Shown here: positions 9,043 to 18,875 of the stretch, piece by piece | Position numbering within the stretch: position 1 is the stretch's first letter | Layout of the letters: each line of letters begins with the position of its first letter | Assembly (NCBI GenBank): GCA_965230295.1 | Contig: OZ246001.1 | Coordinates: 1,984,001 to 2,048,000, forward strand | Direction of reading: 5' to 3' | Source of the DNA: Marinicella sp. | Lineage (GTDB): Bacteria > Pseudomonadota > Gammaproteobacteria > Xanthomonadales > Marinicellaceae | DNA length: 64,000 nucleotides | The notes under the pieces: model-generated | Told to the model about the DNA's origin: nothing | What the model saw: the letters and a program-made list of their open reading frames with translations, nothing else | Database searches by the model: none | Program-made: the position numbers and the translations under genes

Positions 9043-9383
9043 GAGCACCATTCGCTATTTTTTCCTGCACTCTAATGAGGCCTTTCGGCTTGTAAGCATT
9101 TAAAATGAAATAGATTTCATCTTATTAATTCGTAAGTTTTGCGAACCCATTCGGCGATAATCTTATTGTTCGATCCACTTAATCTGACTCCTTTTTTGTG
9201 TTATTCTCATGAACCCCTTTTTTGGGGTTTGGAGCAGTATGGGTCAAGGACCGAAGGGTTATATATGATTGGCTCACAAAAAGCAAAAAGTACCAGGCCT
9301 TCGATTTGAATCAAGCCATTGACTACAGATTCAAGGGTTCAAATTCAATTGTTAGCCAAAATTAACTCAGGAATAATGACAAA

Positions 9384-9962
9384 ATGAACGAGATTGAAGT
9401 CGAATGTAATTGTGGCAGCATTCAAGGGAGAACCATGCCCGTAGACGCTGATTCCGGTACGCGATTGATTTGCTGCTGTGATGATTGTCAAAGGTATGCA
9501 AACTATTTAAACCATGAAAATTCTGTACTGGATCAATACGGGGGTACGGAAGTGTTTCAAATGCCAGTTTCATTTTTACAAATCACCAAAGGCACTGAGA
9601 AAGTCGCATGTATCCGATTAAGTTCAAAAGGTTTGTATCGCTGGTATGCCAGTTGTTGCTGTACCCCGATAGGAAATACCATGGGCTCCAAAGTACCATT
9701 TATTGGCCTCTTTCTTAGCTTTGTAAAAAACGCAGAACTCAGTGACAGTATTCTGGGAAAGAGTAAAGGCTACATCCACACCAAGTATGCGTTACAAGAT
9801 GTACCCAATGACCTAAAAGGCAATACATTCAAGCTGATCATCAGGAGCCTGGCAAAAATTATGGCCTGGAAAGTCAAAGGCCTGAGTCGGCCATCTGCCT
9901 TTTTTAATGATCAAGGTAAACCGGTAGCAACACCGAAAATTCTTAATTCTAAATCGGATTGA
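9384..9962 (+). CDS. DUF6151 family (GFA-like Cys/Zn) protein
   Basis: CxCG...CxCxDCQ...RWYASCCxTPIGNT pattern. Confidence 0.8.
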   Translation: MNEIEVECNCGSIQGRTMPVDADSGTRLICCCDDCQRYANYLNHENSVLDQYGGTEVFQMPVSFLQITKGTEKVACIRLSSKGLYRWYASCCCTPIGNTMGSKVPFIGLFLSFVKNAELSDSILGKSKGYIHTKYALQDVPNDLKGNTFKLIIRSLAKIMAWKVKGLSRPSAFFNDQGKPVATPKILNSKSD

Positions 9963-9989
9963 ATGGTTTTTCAGAACATGTCAGTTGAC

Positions 9990-10610
9990 TCAATATTTCC
10001 TGAATTGCCCAACCAGAACACCTTGTATGGTCAGTTGTTCCGGGTGGTATTCCATGGGTTCCATTGCACTGTTTTCTGGAATCAGGCGGGTGGTCTGTTC
10101 ATCGATGTATTGGATGCGCTTGAGGGTGGTTTCCCAACCGTTGATCATGACTGCCACAATTTCATGGTTACGGGCCTGCTGAGTGGCTTTGATGACCACC
10201 CAGTCCTGATCCATGATGCCGACGTCTTGCATGGACTGGCCAGTGACTTTCAACACGAAATGATCATTACCGGATAACATGGCATTGATGTCTATGGTTT
10301 CATCATCAGTGACAGCTTCAATAGGCGAGCCTGCTGCGATGCACCCTAACACAGGCAAACCGACTGACTCTGGATGGATGGTCATACCCAAGCCCGATTG
10401 CTCACGGACTTGAACCAGTCTGATGCCTCGATTGGATCGATCACGCTGGATGTAGCCTTTTTCTTCCAGAGCTTTGAGTAAGCGGGAAATGTGCCCCATG
10501 GCTTTGATGTCCAACCCGGCGCCAATGTCGACCAATCTGGGTGGTTTTTGATGCTGTTCAATGTACGCAGCAATGAAATCGAGGGTGTCTTGTTCACGTG
10601 AAGTTAGCAT
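9990..10610 (-). CDS. lexA: SOS repressor LexA
   Basis: N-terminal winged HTH, Ala-Gly cleavage site (IAAGSPI), catalytic Ser (GQSM) and Lys (TLKR). Confidence 0.93.
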   Translation of the reverse strand: MLTSREQDTLDFIAAYIEQHQKPPRLVDIGAGLDIKAMGHISRLLKALEEKGYIQRDRSNRGIRLVQVREQSGLGMTIHPESVGLPVLGCIAAGSPIEAVTDDETIDINAMLSGNDHFVLKVTGQSMQDVGIMDQDWVVIKATQQARNHEIVAVMINGWETTLKRIQYIDEQTTRLIPENSAMEPMEYHPEQLTIQGVLVGQFRKY

Positions 10611-10624
10611 GCAATGATTATAGG

Positions 10625-10639
10625 GAACATATAGGGAAC
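10625..10639. promoter_or_regulatory. Putative LexA box, GAAC-N7-GAAC (GTTC-N7-GTTC on the lexA strand)
   Basis: TAGGGAACATA directly repeated with an 11-bp period, 15 bp upstream of the lexA ATG. Confidence 0.75.
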
Positions 10640-10703
10640 ATACAAGGGCTTTGTGTGCCCTTATCTAGATCGTCTATAATGAATTTTTTCAACGGGCATA
10701 CCC

Positions 10704-11042
10704 ATGAAAACACCCAGGGCCATAGCCATTGCTCAACTTGATGCTTACAACCGTTGTGATTTGGACGCCTTTTGTGCATTATTTGCAGAAGATGCCACTT
10801 TGCAAGATTTACCATCTGGCCAGCTGATTGCTGAGGGCATGGAAGAAATTCGTAACATGTACAAAAATCGCTTTGCCACACCAGGCTTGTCTTGTCGGGT
10901 GCATGCCACCAATGACATTGGAGACTTTGCCATCGACCGTGAAACAGTGTATGGCTTACCCAATGGTCAGGTTGATGTGGTGGCCATCTATGAAGTGAAA
11001 AACGAACTGATTCAACGCGTGTTTTTTATCCGTCAGGATTGA
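10704..11042 (+). CDS. SnoaL-like / NTF2-fold protein
   Basis: QLDAYN..DLDAF.A.FAED and IDRE.V motifs. Confidence 0.85.
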   Translation: MKTPRAIAIAQLDAYNRCDLDAFCALFAEDATLQDLPSGQLIAEGMEEIRNMYKNRFATPGLSCRVHATNDIGDFAIDRETVYGLPNGQVDVVAIYEVKNELIQRVFFIRQD

Positions 11043-11703
11043 CCCATTCACAGCTTGACTGATCAACAACAATGGGCTGCCCTTGCCACCATTTGTTTAA
11101 GCAGTTAAATAAAAATGATTGCAGCCGAGGTTGTGTTGACGGTTTTTCACAGGGCAGTAGAGGACAGGGGTCAAAGTGTTGATGCAGTTTTCTGATTGAT
11201 GAATTGGCCCATTCAGGGTGAAACTGAAAACCCAAAAGGTTCTTTTTCGCGGTAAACATCTGGTTTTGACAGACTTGTGATGTGGCCAGAACATCCATCA
11301 TTGAATTGGCCACTATTTCATCTTCATGCCATTGAGGTACCGAGAGTTCCTCAGAACCAAATGACACTGGATGCCAGCCTAACTCAGGTTTGATCATGGG
11401 TTTGACCTCACAGCCGAGGGCCACAGCCAGTAACTGTGCCCCCAAACAAATGCCCAGGATGGGTTTTTCTGCTGCCAGGAATTGTTTGATCAAAGCCAGT
11501 TCTGCAACCAGCCTAGGGTGATTGTTATTGGCTGACAGCGGGCCTCCCAAAAGCAGCAACGCAGCATAAGTTGAGGATGATTCTGGTAATGTGTCTGCAA
11601 AGCACCTGATGTCATATTTAAGTTTTGATTGCTGGGTCCAGTCCAGGATTCTACCTGGCCCTTCTGCTTGGTGATGTTGGATTATCAGCAGATCGACAGT
11701 CAT
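11026..11703 (-). CDS. Type 1 glutamine amidotransferase (GMP-synthase-like GATase)
   Basis: LGGP, GICLGAQ (catalytic Cys) and QFHPE (His-Glu). Confidence 0.9.
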   Translation of the reverse strand: MTVDLLIIQHHQAEGPGRILDWTQQSKLKYDIRCFADTLPESSSTYAALLLLGGPLSANNNHPRLVAELALIKQFLAAEKPILGICLGAQLLAVALGCEVKPMIKPELGWHPVSFGSEELSVPQWHEDEIVANSMMDVLATSQVCQNQMFTAKKNLLGFQFHPEWANSSIRKLHQHFDPCPLLPCEKPSTQPRLQSFLFNCLNKWWQGQPIVVDQSSCEWVNPDG

Positions 11704-11704
11704 T

Positions 11705-12382
11705 TTATTCCCTCAATTCATTGATTTCTAAATACAGCTCGTTGATGGCGGAATGAGGCAATTCCAGTTCATCAGCCAATTGAGTTCGTGCCACAAAAAC
11801 CTCACCTGAATGGATGGTAAGCAGTCGTGGTAATGGTTTTGTGCTGCTGACCGACAGGATGTGATCCGCCGCCGGTTTGCTGTCAATTAAACGAACATAA
11901 TAATGTGTTTTGTCATGTTTGTTGGAACTGATCAATTGATAGGACAGCTGGGATTTTGGTGACAAACCTTGCAACGACTGGTTGATGATTATGCTTTGAA
12001 CTTGCATGATTAACCCTTTGGCATGCAGGGTACCTCCTCGCTCAAAATGACCTCGGTAAAGGTTCACCTTGACCTTGAATCCTGGTTCAGTGATCTGGTT
12101 CAAATCAAATGGCTCTGGAACCAGGCTGATGAGATCAGTTGCATTCATCCATTGTTCAACGGCCTCTTCATCTGTACCGATGAATTTAACGGCAGCAATC
12201 ACTTGTTGGTCATGAGGGTTGTGGAACAACGGCAGGTGTGAAATATACAGTTGATTGGCACCTCCAAATAATAGCATGCCATGGGTACCGTGTTTGCTTT
12301 GATTTTCAGGATGCTCGGCCCAAGAGATTGAGGCCATAAACACCCACATGAAAAATATCATTTTGGATGAATTCAACATCAT
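11705..12382 (-). CDS. Secreted hypothetical protein with His-rich motifs
   Basis: Start overlaps the SMR stop (ATGA); signal peptide ending SISWA; HGTHGMLLFG, SHLPLFHNPHDQQ and GHFERGG motifs. Confidence 0.8.
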   Translation of the reverse strand: MMLNSSKMIFFMWVFMASISWAEHPENQSKHGTHGMLLFGGANQLYISHLPLFHNPHDQQVIAAVKFIGTDEEAVEQWMNATDLISLVPEPFDLNQITEPGFKVKVNLYRGHFERGGTLHAKGLIMQVQSIIINQSLQGLSPKSQLSYQLISSNKHDKTHYYVRLIDSKPAADHILSVSSTKPLPRLLTIHSGEVFVARTQLADELELPHSAINELYLEINELRE

Positions 12383-12696
12383 TGAACCTCCGTTTGATTG
12401 AATAAGAAAATACCCGCAACAATCAGCATAACAGCGAACCATGATTGAGTTGATAAATGATTCTGAAAATATGTATGCTGGATCAAGGCCGTACCCACCA
12501 GGCCAGAACTGGTCCATACCGCATAAGCAAATGTCAAAGGGACTGTTCTGATGGCAATGGCCAGGAAGTAAAAGCTGGCGATCATGGTCAATACAACCCA
12601 TGACAACAGCAACAATTTAGATGGGGCTTCGGCGTAAACTTTTAACAGATTAACCCAAATGATTTCAAACAGGGATGACAGGATCAGGAATTTCAT
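12379..12696 (-). CDS. gdx: SMR family exporter, Gdx/SugE-like
   Basis: 105 aa, four TM helices, membrane Glu in FEIIW, ASF and AYAVW motifs; GAGG RBS; upstream guanidine-II riboswitch. Confidence 0.8.
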   Translation of the reverse strand: MKFLILSSLFEIIWVNLLKVYAEAPSKLLLLSWVVLTMIASFYFLAIAIRTVPLTFAYAVWTSSGLVGTALIQHTYFQNHLSTQSWFAVMLIVAGIFLFNQTEVQ

Positions 12697-12720
12697 GGCT
12701 ACCTCGCAAAATATAAATAA

Positions 12721-12766
12721 TGCGGGGCCGTCCCCATTTGAATAAGAGCGGTCAGGTCGTCCTGAC
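12721..12766 (-). ncRNA. Guanidine-II (mini-ykkC) riboswitch
   Basis: Two hairpins with ACGR tetraloops, GUCAGG-ACGA-CCUGAC and UGGGG-ACGG-CCCCG, separated by a 14-nt linker, directly upstream of an SMR gene. Confidence 0.9.
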
Positions 12767-13035
12767 TTCTGTAGAGGCCGCCATTGTAATGGCAATCCAA
12801 ATCATTTTCAAGACTGGACCATTGTCCTGATTAATGAAAAGTTTAGATTGAATTAATGCATATATAACACAAATAAAATATACATATATGAAATAAAATA
12901 TTCACCCAAATAAAACAATAAATTAACTTGGCTTGACTATCATGGTACCCGTTCTGAGGACAAAACAAATAATCATTTCTTGGAACACACCCCCAACATT
13001 TGGTTGGGTTTTTTTAACTTATGAGAGAGTAAACC

Positions 13036-13494
13036 ATGAAAAATAAACTTAAAACCATCGCAGCCATTTCATCATTGTGTGTGGCCAGTGCATTCAGCCA
13101 AGCCATGGCCAAAGAACTGACAGAACAAGAAGATTTTGAGCTGGCATTGAAAGCATTGCCGGAAGTTGCTGATGATTTGGAAAATGGTCCGATGCAGAAA
13201 TCGACTGCGATCAAGATGAAGTGTTATGTTGATACCCCGGCCTATGACCTATATACCTACAACTACTGTGCCAGTGTCGGTGCTGCCCGTACCACCACAG
13301 CCGTGTTCAAGGTGGATAACGTGCCTGCGGGTTCCACCATCAATTGGACAAACAATAACTGCAGTTCTAATAACAGCCTTTGTTTTGTTCCTATCAGACA
13401 GTACCAAACCATCACGGTCAGTGCCACGGTGTTAAAGCCCAATGGGACATACTCCACTGTTTCAGCCACAGCTGAGTATGAAGGATTGTTTTGA
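13036..13494 (+). CDS. Secreted Cys-containing hypothetical protein
   Basis: Signal peptide, acidic pro-like segment, beta-rich domain with four Cys. Confidence 0.8.
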   Translation: MKNKLKTIAAISSLCVASAFSQAMAKELTEQEDFELALKALPEVADDLENGPMQKSTAIKMKCYVDTPAYDLYTYNYCASVGAARTTTAVFKVDNVPAGSTINWTNNNCSSNNSLCFVPIRQYQTITVSATVLKPNGTYSTVSATAEYEGLF

Positions 13495-13653
13495 TGGTAT
13501 TGTAAATACTGCGACCCAAAAAGACGTTGCCTGGTGCAGCGTCTTTAATTGCTTTATTGCAACTGATTTGTTGTTGGCCTATTTGCCAATGGCTTACAAA
13601 GGTGCTCTATCAGCGGGTGCTCAAAATCAGAACCACCCTTTGAGGCTGATAAA

Positions 13654-14166
13654 TCAGCGGCGTTTAAACACCAGTTTTTCTTCTTTTATGCTTTGGTCAT
13701 TCATGCGCATGGCCAAGTAGGCATGCATTTCTTCGTCACTGATTTTGTAAAAGCTCAAACCGGAAAAATGAATGGCGTTTTCGGTAATTGACACCAGTTT
13801 AAAGTTGATGTGTTCTTCTTTGGTTTCCCAACTGACAAAATCAGCTGAGAAGTGCTTGACCAGTAGAGACAAACTGTTTTCCTGTTCAACAATCAACATC
13901 AACTCGTAAAAACTCACGCCTTTTTCTTCATCGAACAATTTAAACATACCCACCATAGAACCTGCGCTGGCAGGATTCCAGACTTCTTCAAATTGCTGGC
14001 CAAAAGCTGTACCAACCCAGGAACCAGTCAGCCATTGAACTTGGTCTATGGTGGCAGCAGGTCTGTTTTCAGGGTCGTCTAAGTGAAAGGTGTGTTCGGT
14101 TTTCTGTTGCTGTCCATAAGTCAAAGCAGACCACGTTAACAACAATAAACAAGTAATGATTTTCAT
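13654..14166 (-). CDS. DUF6265-like secreted protein
   Basis: WLTGSW.G, EEVW....GSMVGMF, FYE and KHF motifs. Confidence 0.78.
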   Translation of the reverse strand: MKIITCLLLLTWSALTYGQQQKTEHTFHLDDPENRPAATIDQVQWLTGSWVGTAFGQQFEEVWNPASAGSMVGMFKLFDEEKGVSFYELMLIVEQENSLSLLVKHFSADFVSWETKEEHINFKLVSITENAIHFSGLSFYKISDEEMHAYLAMRMNDQSIKEEKLVFKRR

Positions 14167-14274
14167 GATGTATCTCCAATTTCAATACATTTTAAACGAA
14201 CAACAACCGTGGAATTCGACAGCTTGTTGATGGATTCAAGATAATTTGTTGTGATCAGGTGTAATAACAAAAAA

Positions 14275-14627
14275 GAATGTTCTTGGGGCTCCATTCTGGT
14301 TCATGGTCTGACAGGTCTTCATATTTGCTGCGCAAATAAACCGACCTTTACAGACTATTGTCTGAGCAGTTGCTTCGCACTGCATGTCTGTTCCAGACAA
14401 AAGTGAAAACGACCACGGCGAACATGACTTGCTACCTCGCGCTCTTCGCCTCTGATTGGCCTACATGGATGTAGGTCTGCCGCGATAGCTAGGAGCGATA
14501 GCGGCCGCAACATCAATAGCTCACGGCTAATCAATCATTACATCAAGGCTTATTGACTTCGTCAAACCGCCATGATTGCATGATTTGCCTAACCGGCACG
14601 GCGGGTCAAGCTGCTCAGCAGCTTTCC
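14275..14627 (+). mobile_element. Modular element, copy B (353 bp)
   Basis: Copy A scaffold plus inserted modules GGCCTACATGGATGTAGG... and GGCTAATCAATC...TTGACTTCGTCAA...GATTTGCC. Confidence 0.85.
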
Positions 14628-14699
14628 AAAGGTATCCAATGAAAGGTTGAAATTTTCAACACAATGCATTCTTTGAGTTCGCATTATCAAAGTGTCATT

Positions 14700-14719
14700 A
14701 AGGGGCTTAATGGCCCCTT
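14700..14719. terminator. Hairpin terminator downstream of the M12 peptidase gene
   Basis: AAGGGGC-TTAATG-GCCCCTT. Confidence 0.55.
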
Positions 14720-14741
14720 GAACTCACAAATAATTTCTTAT

Positions 14742-15944
14742 TTATTCAAACCCATCTTCGAAGATGGTGTCATTGGCCGGTGATCGGAAGGCTGCAATGA
14801 TAGGAGCAGTCAAATCCAAACTACGGGCATTGTCTCTTGAACCATCTATGCCCGAATCTAATCCATTGAATTGAACATCTGGATTTGAGAAATACTGTCT
14901 TCTCGTACATCCGCTTGCACATTGGGCCGAATAAGACATGACCGTTCGATATGACCCATTGTGGTAATGACCAAAAGACCATGGGTAGGAAGCAGATGCA
15001 GGTGTGCCGCCTACACTGGAATCCTCTGGATTGTGTTCTAAGCCCATGTTATGACCAAACTCATGAGCAAATGACAAGTTACCGACAGCGCAACTGCGCT
15101 TTGTAACCTGGAATGCCGAGCCAGAAAAACCGGGACCTGGACTCCTCATCACATATCCACGTCCACAACCACTCATAGAATTGACTAACAAAGAAACCAT
15201 ATCCGCACCGTAAGCTGTTCTTAAAGTTGCCACTGTACTGTCTGATCTAACCCAAGATAAATCAGCAGAAGAATCTCCGGTGTCATCATAGTCAATCAAA
15301 CCGGTATAAGTCATGGTACCTTCTGCATCTACGCCGCTGTTGGTAAAAGACAAATTCATTGCATCAACGGCAGCTTGAGCAGTGGCTTCAATGGCAGAAA
15401 CACCGCCAGCGGCGTCTCTGGCTTGAGGTGTATAAAGGACCATGACATCAAATTCAACGGTACCACCGAGCTGAACCGGTAAGTCTGAATCGGCATGCGT
15501 GCTGGTTGGTGCGGAATCATCACCTGCACAACCTGGAAATTCTTCCAAAGCCAATTCAGCTATGCGCATGGTGTTTCTGGCCGGTGATGTGAATTCAAAC
15601 ACGCCTGATTTGGTATATAAAGAACCTGCATAATAGCCATTCACAGAACTGATGATGAGTTGCTCTTGTGGCTGGCCTTTTAAGTGGCCTTGCCAGCTGA
15701 ATCGGTTTTTATTATGAAACTTCAGTTTCTCAAAAACCACCGAGGTGTTGATGCCATTGGGTAATTGGATATCAAATTGGCTGGTTTTGTTCAGTAGCAT
15801 TTCATGGTTCACCTTGACCAGCATGGCTGATCGCTCGGTCTGTTCAAGCTGTAAATGGTTGACCATGTCAATGGATCGAAATAAATTCTTTGCCGACACC
15901 CATTGTGTCGTGAATAGAATAACGGTCAGTGTTAAAAATTTCAT
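14742..15944 (-). CDS. Secreted reprolysin-like (M12) zinc metallopeptidase with C-terminal DTIFEDGFE tail
   Basis: HEFGHNMGLEH metzincin motif, TVMSY Met-turn, signal peptide and propeptide. Confidence 0.9.
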   Translation of the reverse strand: MKFLTLTVILFTTQWVSAKNLFRSIDMVNHLQLEQTERSAMLVKVNHEMLLNKTSQFDIQLPNGINTSVVFEKLKFHNKNRFSWQGHLKGQPQEQLIISSVNGYYAGSLYTKSGVFEFTSPARNTMRIAELALEEFPGCAGDDSAPTSTHADSDLPVQLGGTVEFDVMVLYTPQARDAAGGVSAIEATAQAAVDAMNLSFTNSGVDAEGTMTYTGLIDYDDTGDSSADLSWVRSDSTVATLRTAYGADMVSLLVNSMSGCGRGYVMRSPGPGFSGSAFQVTKRSCAVGNLSFAHEFGHNMGLEHNPEDSSVGGTPASASYPWSFGHYHNGSYRTVMSYSAQCASGCTRRQYFSNPDVQFNGLDSGIDGSRDNARSLDLTAPIIAAFRSPANDTIFEDGFE

Positions 15945-16237
15945 GTATTTTCCCCGTATAAATGCTGAATTGTCATACCAGCCATGTTGTTACTGTCATA
16001 TATATTAACTACTGGTAGGGCTTATGTCTTTTTTGAAGAGGAATATTTGCTGTCTTTCTGTTAGATTGTGAGGTATTTCTCAATTTCCAGCCCCATCCAG
16101 TTGATTATTGTAAATTGCTGTCATTAATTTCAAGTTTATACTTTTTCGATTAAATCGCAACACATACAGCACGCATGACTTGAAAAACGATTATTGATTG
16201 GTTACAGTGCATTTTAATAATCACAAGGATTTTTTTC

Positions 16238-17389
16238 ATGGAACAGAATCAGTTCAAAGTCATTTATACCGGTCAAGTAAAAGATGGGTTTGATGCAGCT
16301 GAAGTCAGTCAGGCTTTTGCCAAAAAATTCAAACTGCCACTGTCTAAGGCCACAAAAATCATCCAGGCGGGAAGGGAAGTGACCATCAAAGCCCGCGCAG
16401 AACATGTCAAAGCCTATCAATTAAAATCACTGCTTGAATCATTGGGAATGATCGTTCGCTTGGAACGTGCTCCGATTCAGGCACCCAAAGTAAAACCAGA
16501 ATCAACAGCGACTGATACCAAAGTAATGAACACCGAAACAGGGCAATCCGGTGCTTGGAGCCTTGAGCCCATGGAATCAGAAAAGGCTGAAGATGATGTC
16601 GAAACTGAAGAGGGCCAATTGAGCAAAAACCAAGCAGGACAAGAGCAGGTTGAAAAACCGGCTTTTACTGATTTAAGCAGACCAACTGTGGTGCTGGAAA
16701 AGCCAGCAGAAAATAAATCACCAGAGCCCAAGTTTACAAAAGACGATAAACCAGAATCTGTTCAACGAGACAACAGTACTTCCTTGATGTCTCTGCTCAG
16801 GGGTGCCGGTGCTTGGGTATTTGCCGGATTGGGTATTTTGATTATTTTAGTCAAGAAATTTGGTTTGTTTAAACTGCTGAAACTGGGTGGGTTAGCAACT
16901 GCTGCAGCCTTTGCGGGTTATCAACCGGATGAGATTTGTATGGGAAATGAGCGCTGTGAAGCCGCTGTTGAAGATCAAATCGATGACTGTTGGGAAAGGG
17001 CCGGTCTTGATGATTACGACATCGATGCCATGTCAGATGAAGACTATTTTGCTTTGAAACCAAAACTGGAAGAAGATTTTGTGGCTTGTTTTCGTTATGA
17101 AGACAATGATGAAAGGGTGTTCCTGTCGCCATTGGATCTGCGGCTTGATTTGATTGATAATTGTACATTTACTGAAAATGCACAATGTGAATCCCTGGCA
17201 GAGGGTCAGTTAAAAGCATGTTATGACCGACATCAAATTGGCTACCTGGTTTCCGCAAGTACCACCGATTTTTACCAGGAAGTTGCTGATCATGCTTCAG
17301 TATTTAAGTCATATTATGGCTGTTATAAAGATGAATCTGGCGAAGTATTGTTCAGTGATGTGTTGGCCGGCTGGGATGAACTGTATTGA
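16238..17389 (+). CDS. Hypothetical membrane-anchored protein
   Basis: Cytoplasmic N-domain, low-complexity linker, TM segment, Cys-paired acidic C-domain. Confidence 0.75.
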   Translation: MEQNQFKVIYTGQVKDGFDAAEVSQAFAKKFKLPLSKATKIIQAGREVTIKARAEHVKAYQLKSLLESLGMIVRLERAPIQAPKVKPESTATDTKVMNTETGQSGAWSLEPMESEKAEDDVETEEGQLSKNQAGQEQVEKPAFTDLSRPTVVLEKPAENKSPEPKFTKDDKPESVQRDNSTSLMSLLRGAGAWVFAGLGILIILVKKFGLFKLLKLGGLATAAAFAGYQPDEICMGNERCEAAVEDQIDDCWERAGLDDYDIDAMSDEDYFALKPKLEEDFVACFRYEDNDERVFLSPLDLRLDLIDNCTFTENAQCESLAEGQLKACYDRHQIGYLVSASTTDFYQEVADHASVFKSYYGCYKDESGEVLFSDVLAGWDELY

Positions 17390-17441
17390 ATAAGTCATGC
17401 GCATAGGCTAAATTGATTCAATTGAACCTTTAGTTTTAATC

Positions 17442-18269
17442 ATGACGGAATTAACCAATAAAACCATATTCATCACCGGCTCAAGCCGCGGGATCGGTCG
17501 TGAAATTGCCTTGTTGTGTGCCAAACAAGGTGCCAATGTGGTGATCGCGGCAAAATCATCAGAACCACACCCCAAATTACCAGGTACCATTCACACTGTA
17601 GCTGCTGAAGTGGAAGCGGCAGGAGGCCGTGCCTTGCCCATTCAATTGGATGTACGAGATGAGGCAGTGGTTAATCAAGCCATGCAACAGGCTGCAGATT
17701 ATTTTGGTGGTATAGATGTGTTGGTCAACAATGCCAGTGCCATTTCATTGACGTCATTACAGGATACCGATGTCAAACGATTTGATTTGATTCATGCGAT
17801 CAACACCCGTGGGACTTTGGTTTGCTCTAAAGCCGCCATTCCATTGCTCAAACGATCAGACAATCCGCACATCATCACCTTGTCGCCGCCACTGAACATG
17901 GCCAAGCACTGGCTGAAACCGTTCATTCCATACACCTTATCAAAATATGGCATGACCTTATTGACCTTGGGGCTGGCAGAAGAACTCAGGGATGATGGCA
18001 TATCTGCCAGCACCCTCTGGCCCCAAACAGCCATCGCCACAGCTGCTGTCCAATATGCTTTAGACCCAAAAATGATGAAACAATCACGCACACCACTGAT
18101 CATGGCCGAGGCGGCATTGGCGATTATACAGACTGACGATTTATCGTTTTCAGGTCAGACCTTGGTTGATGAAAGTCTGCTCAGGAGTCAAGGTGTGACT
18201 GATTTTGAAGTCTATAAAAATGACCCTGATACAGATAAGTTGATGCGAGACTTATACCTGGATGAATGA
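17442..18269 (+). CDS. Short-chain dehydrogenase/reductase (HSDL2-like)
   Basis: TGSSRGIG, HPKLPGTI, NNASAI and YTLSK motifs. Confidence 0.92.
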   Translation: MTELTNKTIFITGSSRGIGREIALLCAKQGANVVIAAKSSEPHPKLPGTIHTVAAEVEAAGGRALPIQLDVRDEAVVNQAMQQAADYFGGIDVLVNNASAISLTSLQDTDVKRFDLIHAINTRGTLVCSKAAIPLLKRSDNPHIITLSPPLNMAKHWLKPFIPYTLSKYGMTLLTLGLAEELRDDGISASTLWPQTAIATAAVQYALDPKMMKQSRTPLIMAEAALAIIQTDDLSFSGQTLVDESLLRSQGVTDFEVYKNDPDTDKLMRDLYLDE

Positions 18270-18581
18270 TGTTAAGTAATGGAATTATGATCGGTTTTGA
18301 ACAGATTATTAACACCATTGTCACCGGCATGTTCTATAATGTTTGAATTCAGGCGTTGTCACACCATACGTTGAATAAGTGAATCCAGGGCTTTATGCAC
18401 ATGTATTGAGCTCTGGTAATGAATGATCAAAATGCATACAGCTGCTGTTCTGAACCACTTTTTACTTCAATTTTATTTGTTGTATAAATTCCTGACAAAG
18501 TTAATGATTGCCTACATCGAAACGGTGAATTCGATGGCAGGAAAGATTTTATATTCACCAAATTTTTGAAGATTATTATTT

Positions 18582-18788
18582 ATGAGTAAAGGTACAGTAA
18601 AGTGGTTCAATGCGGACAAAGGATATGGGTTCATTACCCCGGAAGATGGTGGCAAAGATTTGTTTGTGCATCATTCTGAGATTCAAAGTGGTGGCGGATT
18701 TGCCACTTTAAATGATGGACAAGCTGTTGAGTTTGAAGTTGGTGAAGGCCAAAAAGGTCCTTGTGCCACGCAGGTGGTTCCACAATAA
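18582..18788 (+). CDS. Cold-shock protein (CspA family)
   Basis: GTVKWFN.DKGYGFI and DLFVHHS motifs. Confidence 0.95.
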   Translation: MSKGTVKWFNADKGYGFITPEDGGKDLFVHHSEIQSGGGFATLNDGQAVEFEVGEGQKGPCATQVVPQ

Positions 18789-18811
18789 AAAGGCACCTCA
18801 ATTAAATCCAG

Positions 18812-18838
18812 AAAGCCGACTTCAAGTCGGCTTTTTTT
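18812..18838 (+). terminator. Rho-independent terminator
   Basis: AAAGCCGACTT-C-AAGTCGGCTTTTTTT. Confidence 0.88.
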
Positions 18839-18875
18839 ATGCATTGGAATAATGTCAGTCCGGGGTTACAATTGA

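Noticed and set aside
11705-12601. 298-aa ORF as listed in the track
   Set aside because: Its first 73 codons overlap the SMR gene; the coupled ATG at 12382 with a signal peptide is the better start.
12985-13012. C-rich hairpin before the 13036 gene as a target of the 51.5 kb sRNA candidate
   Set aside because: Only about 7 contiguous complementary bases, which is expected by chance in 64 kb.
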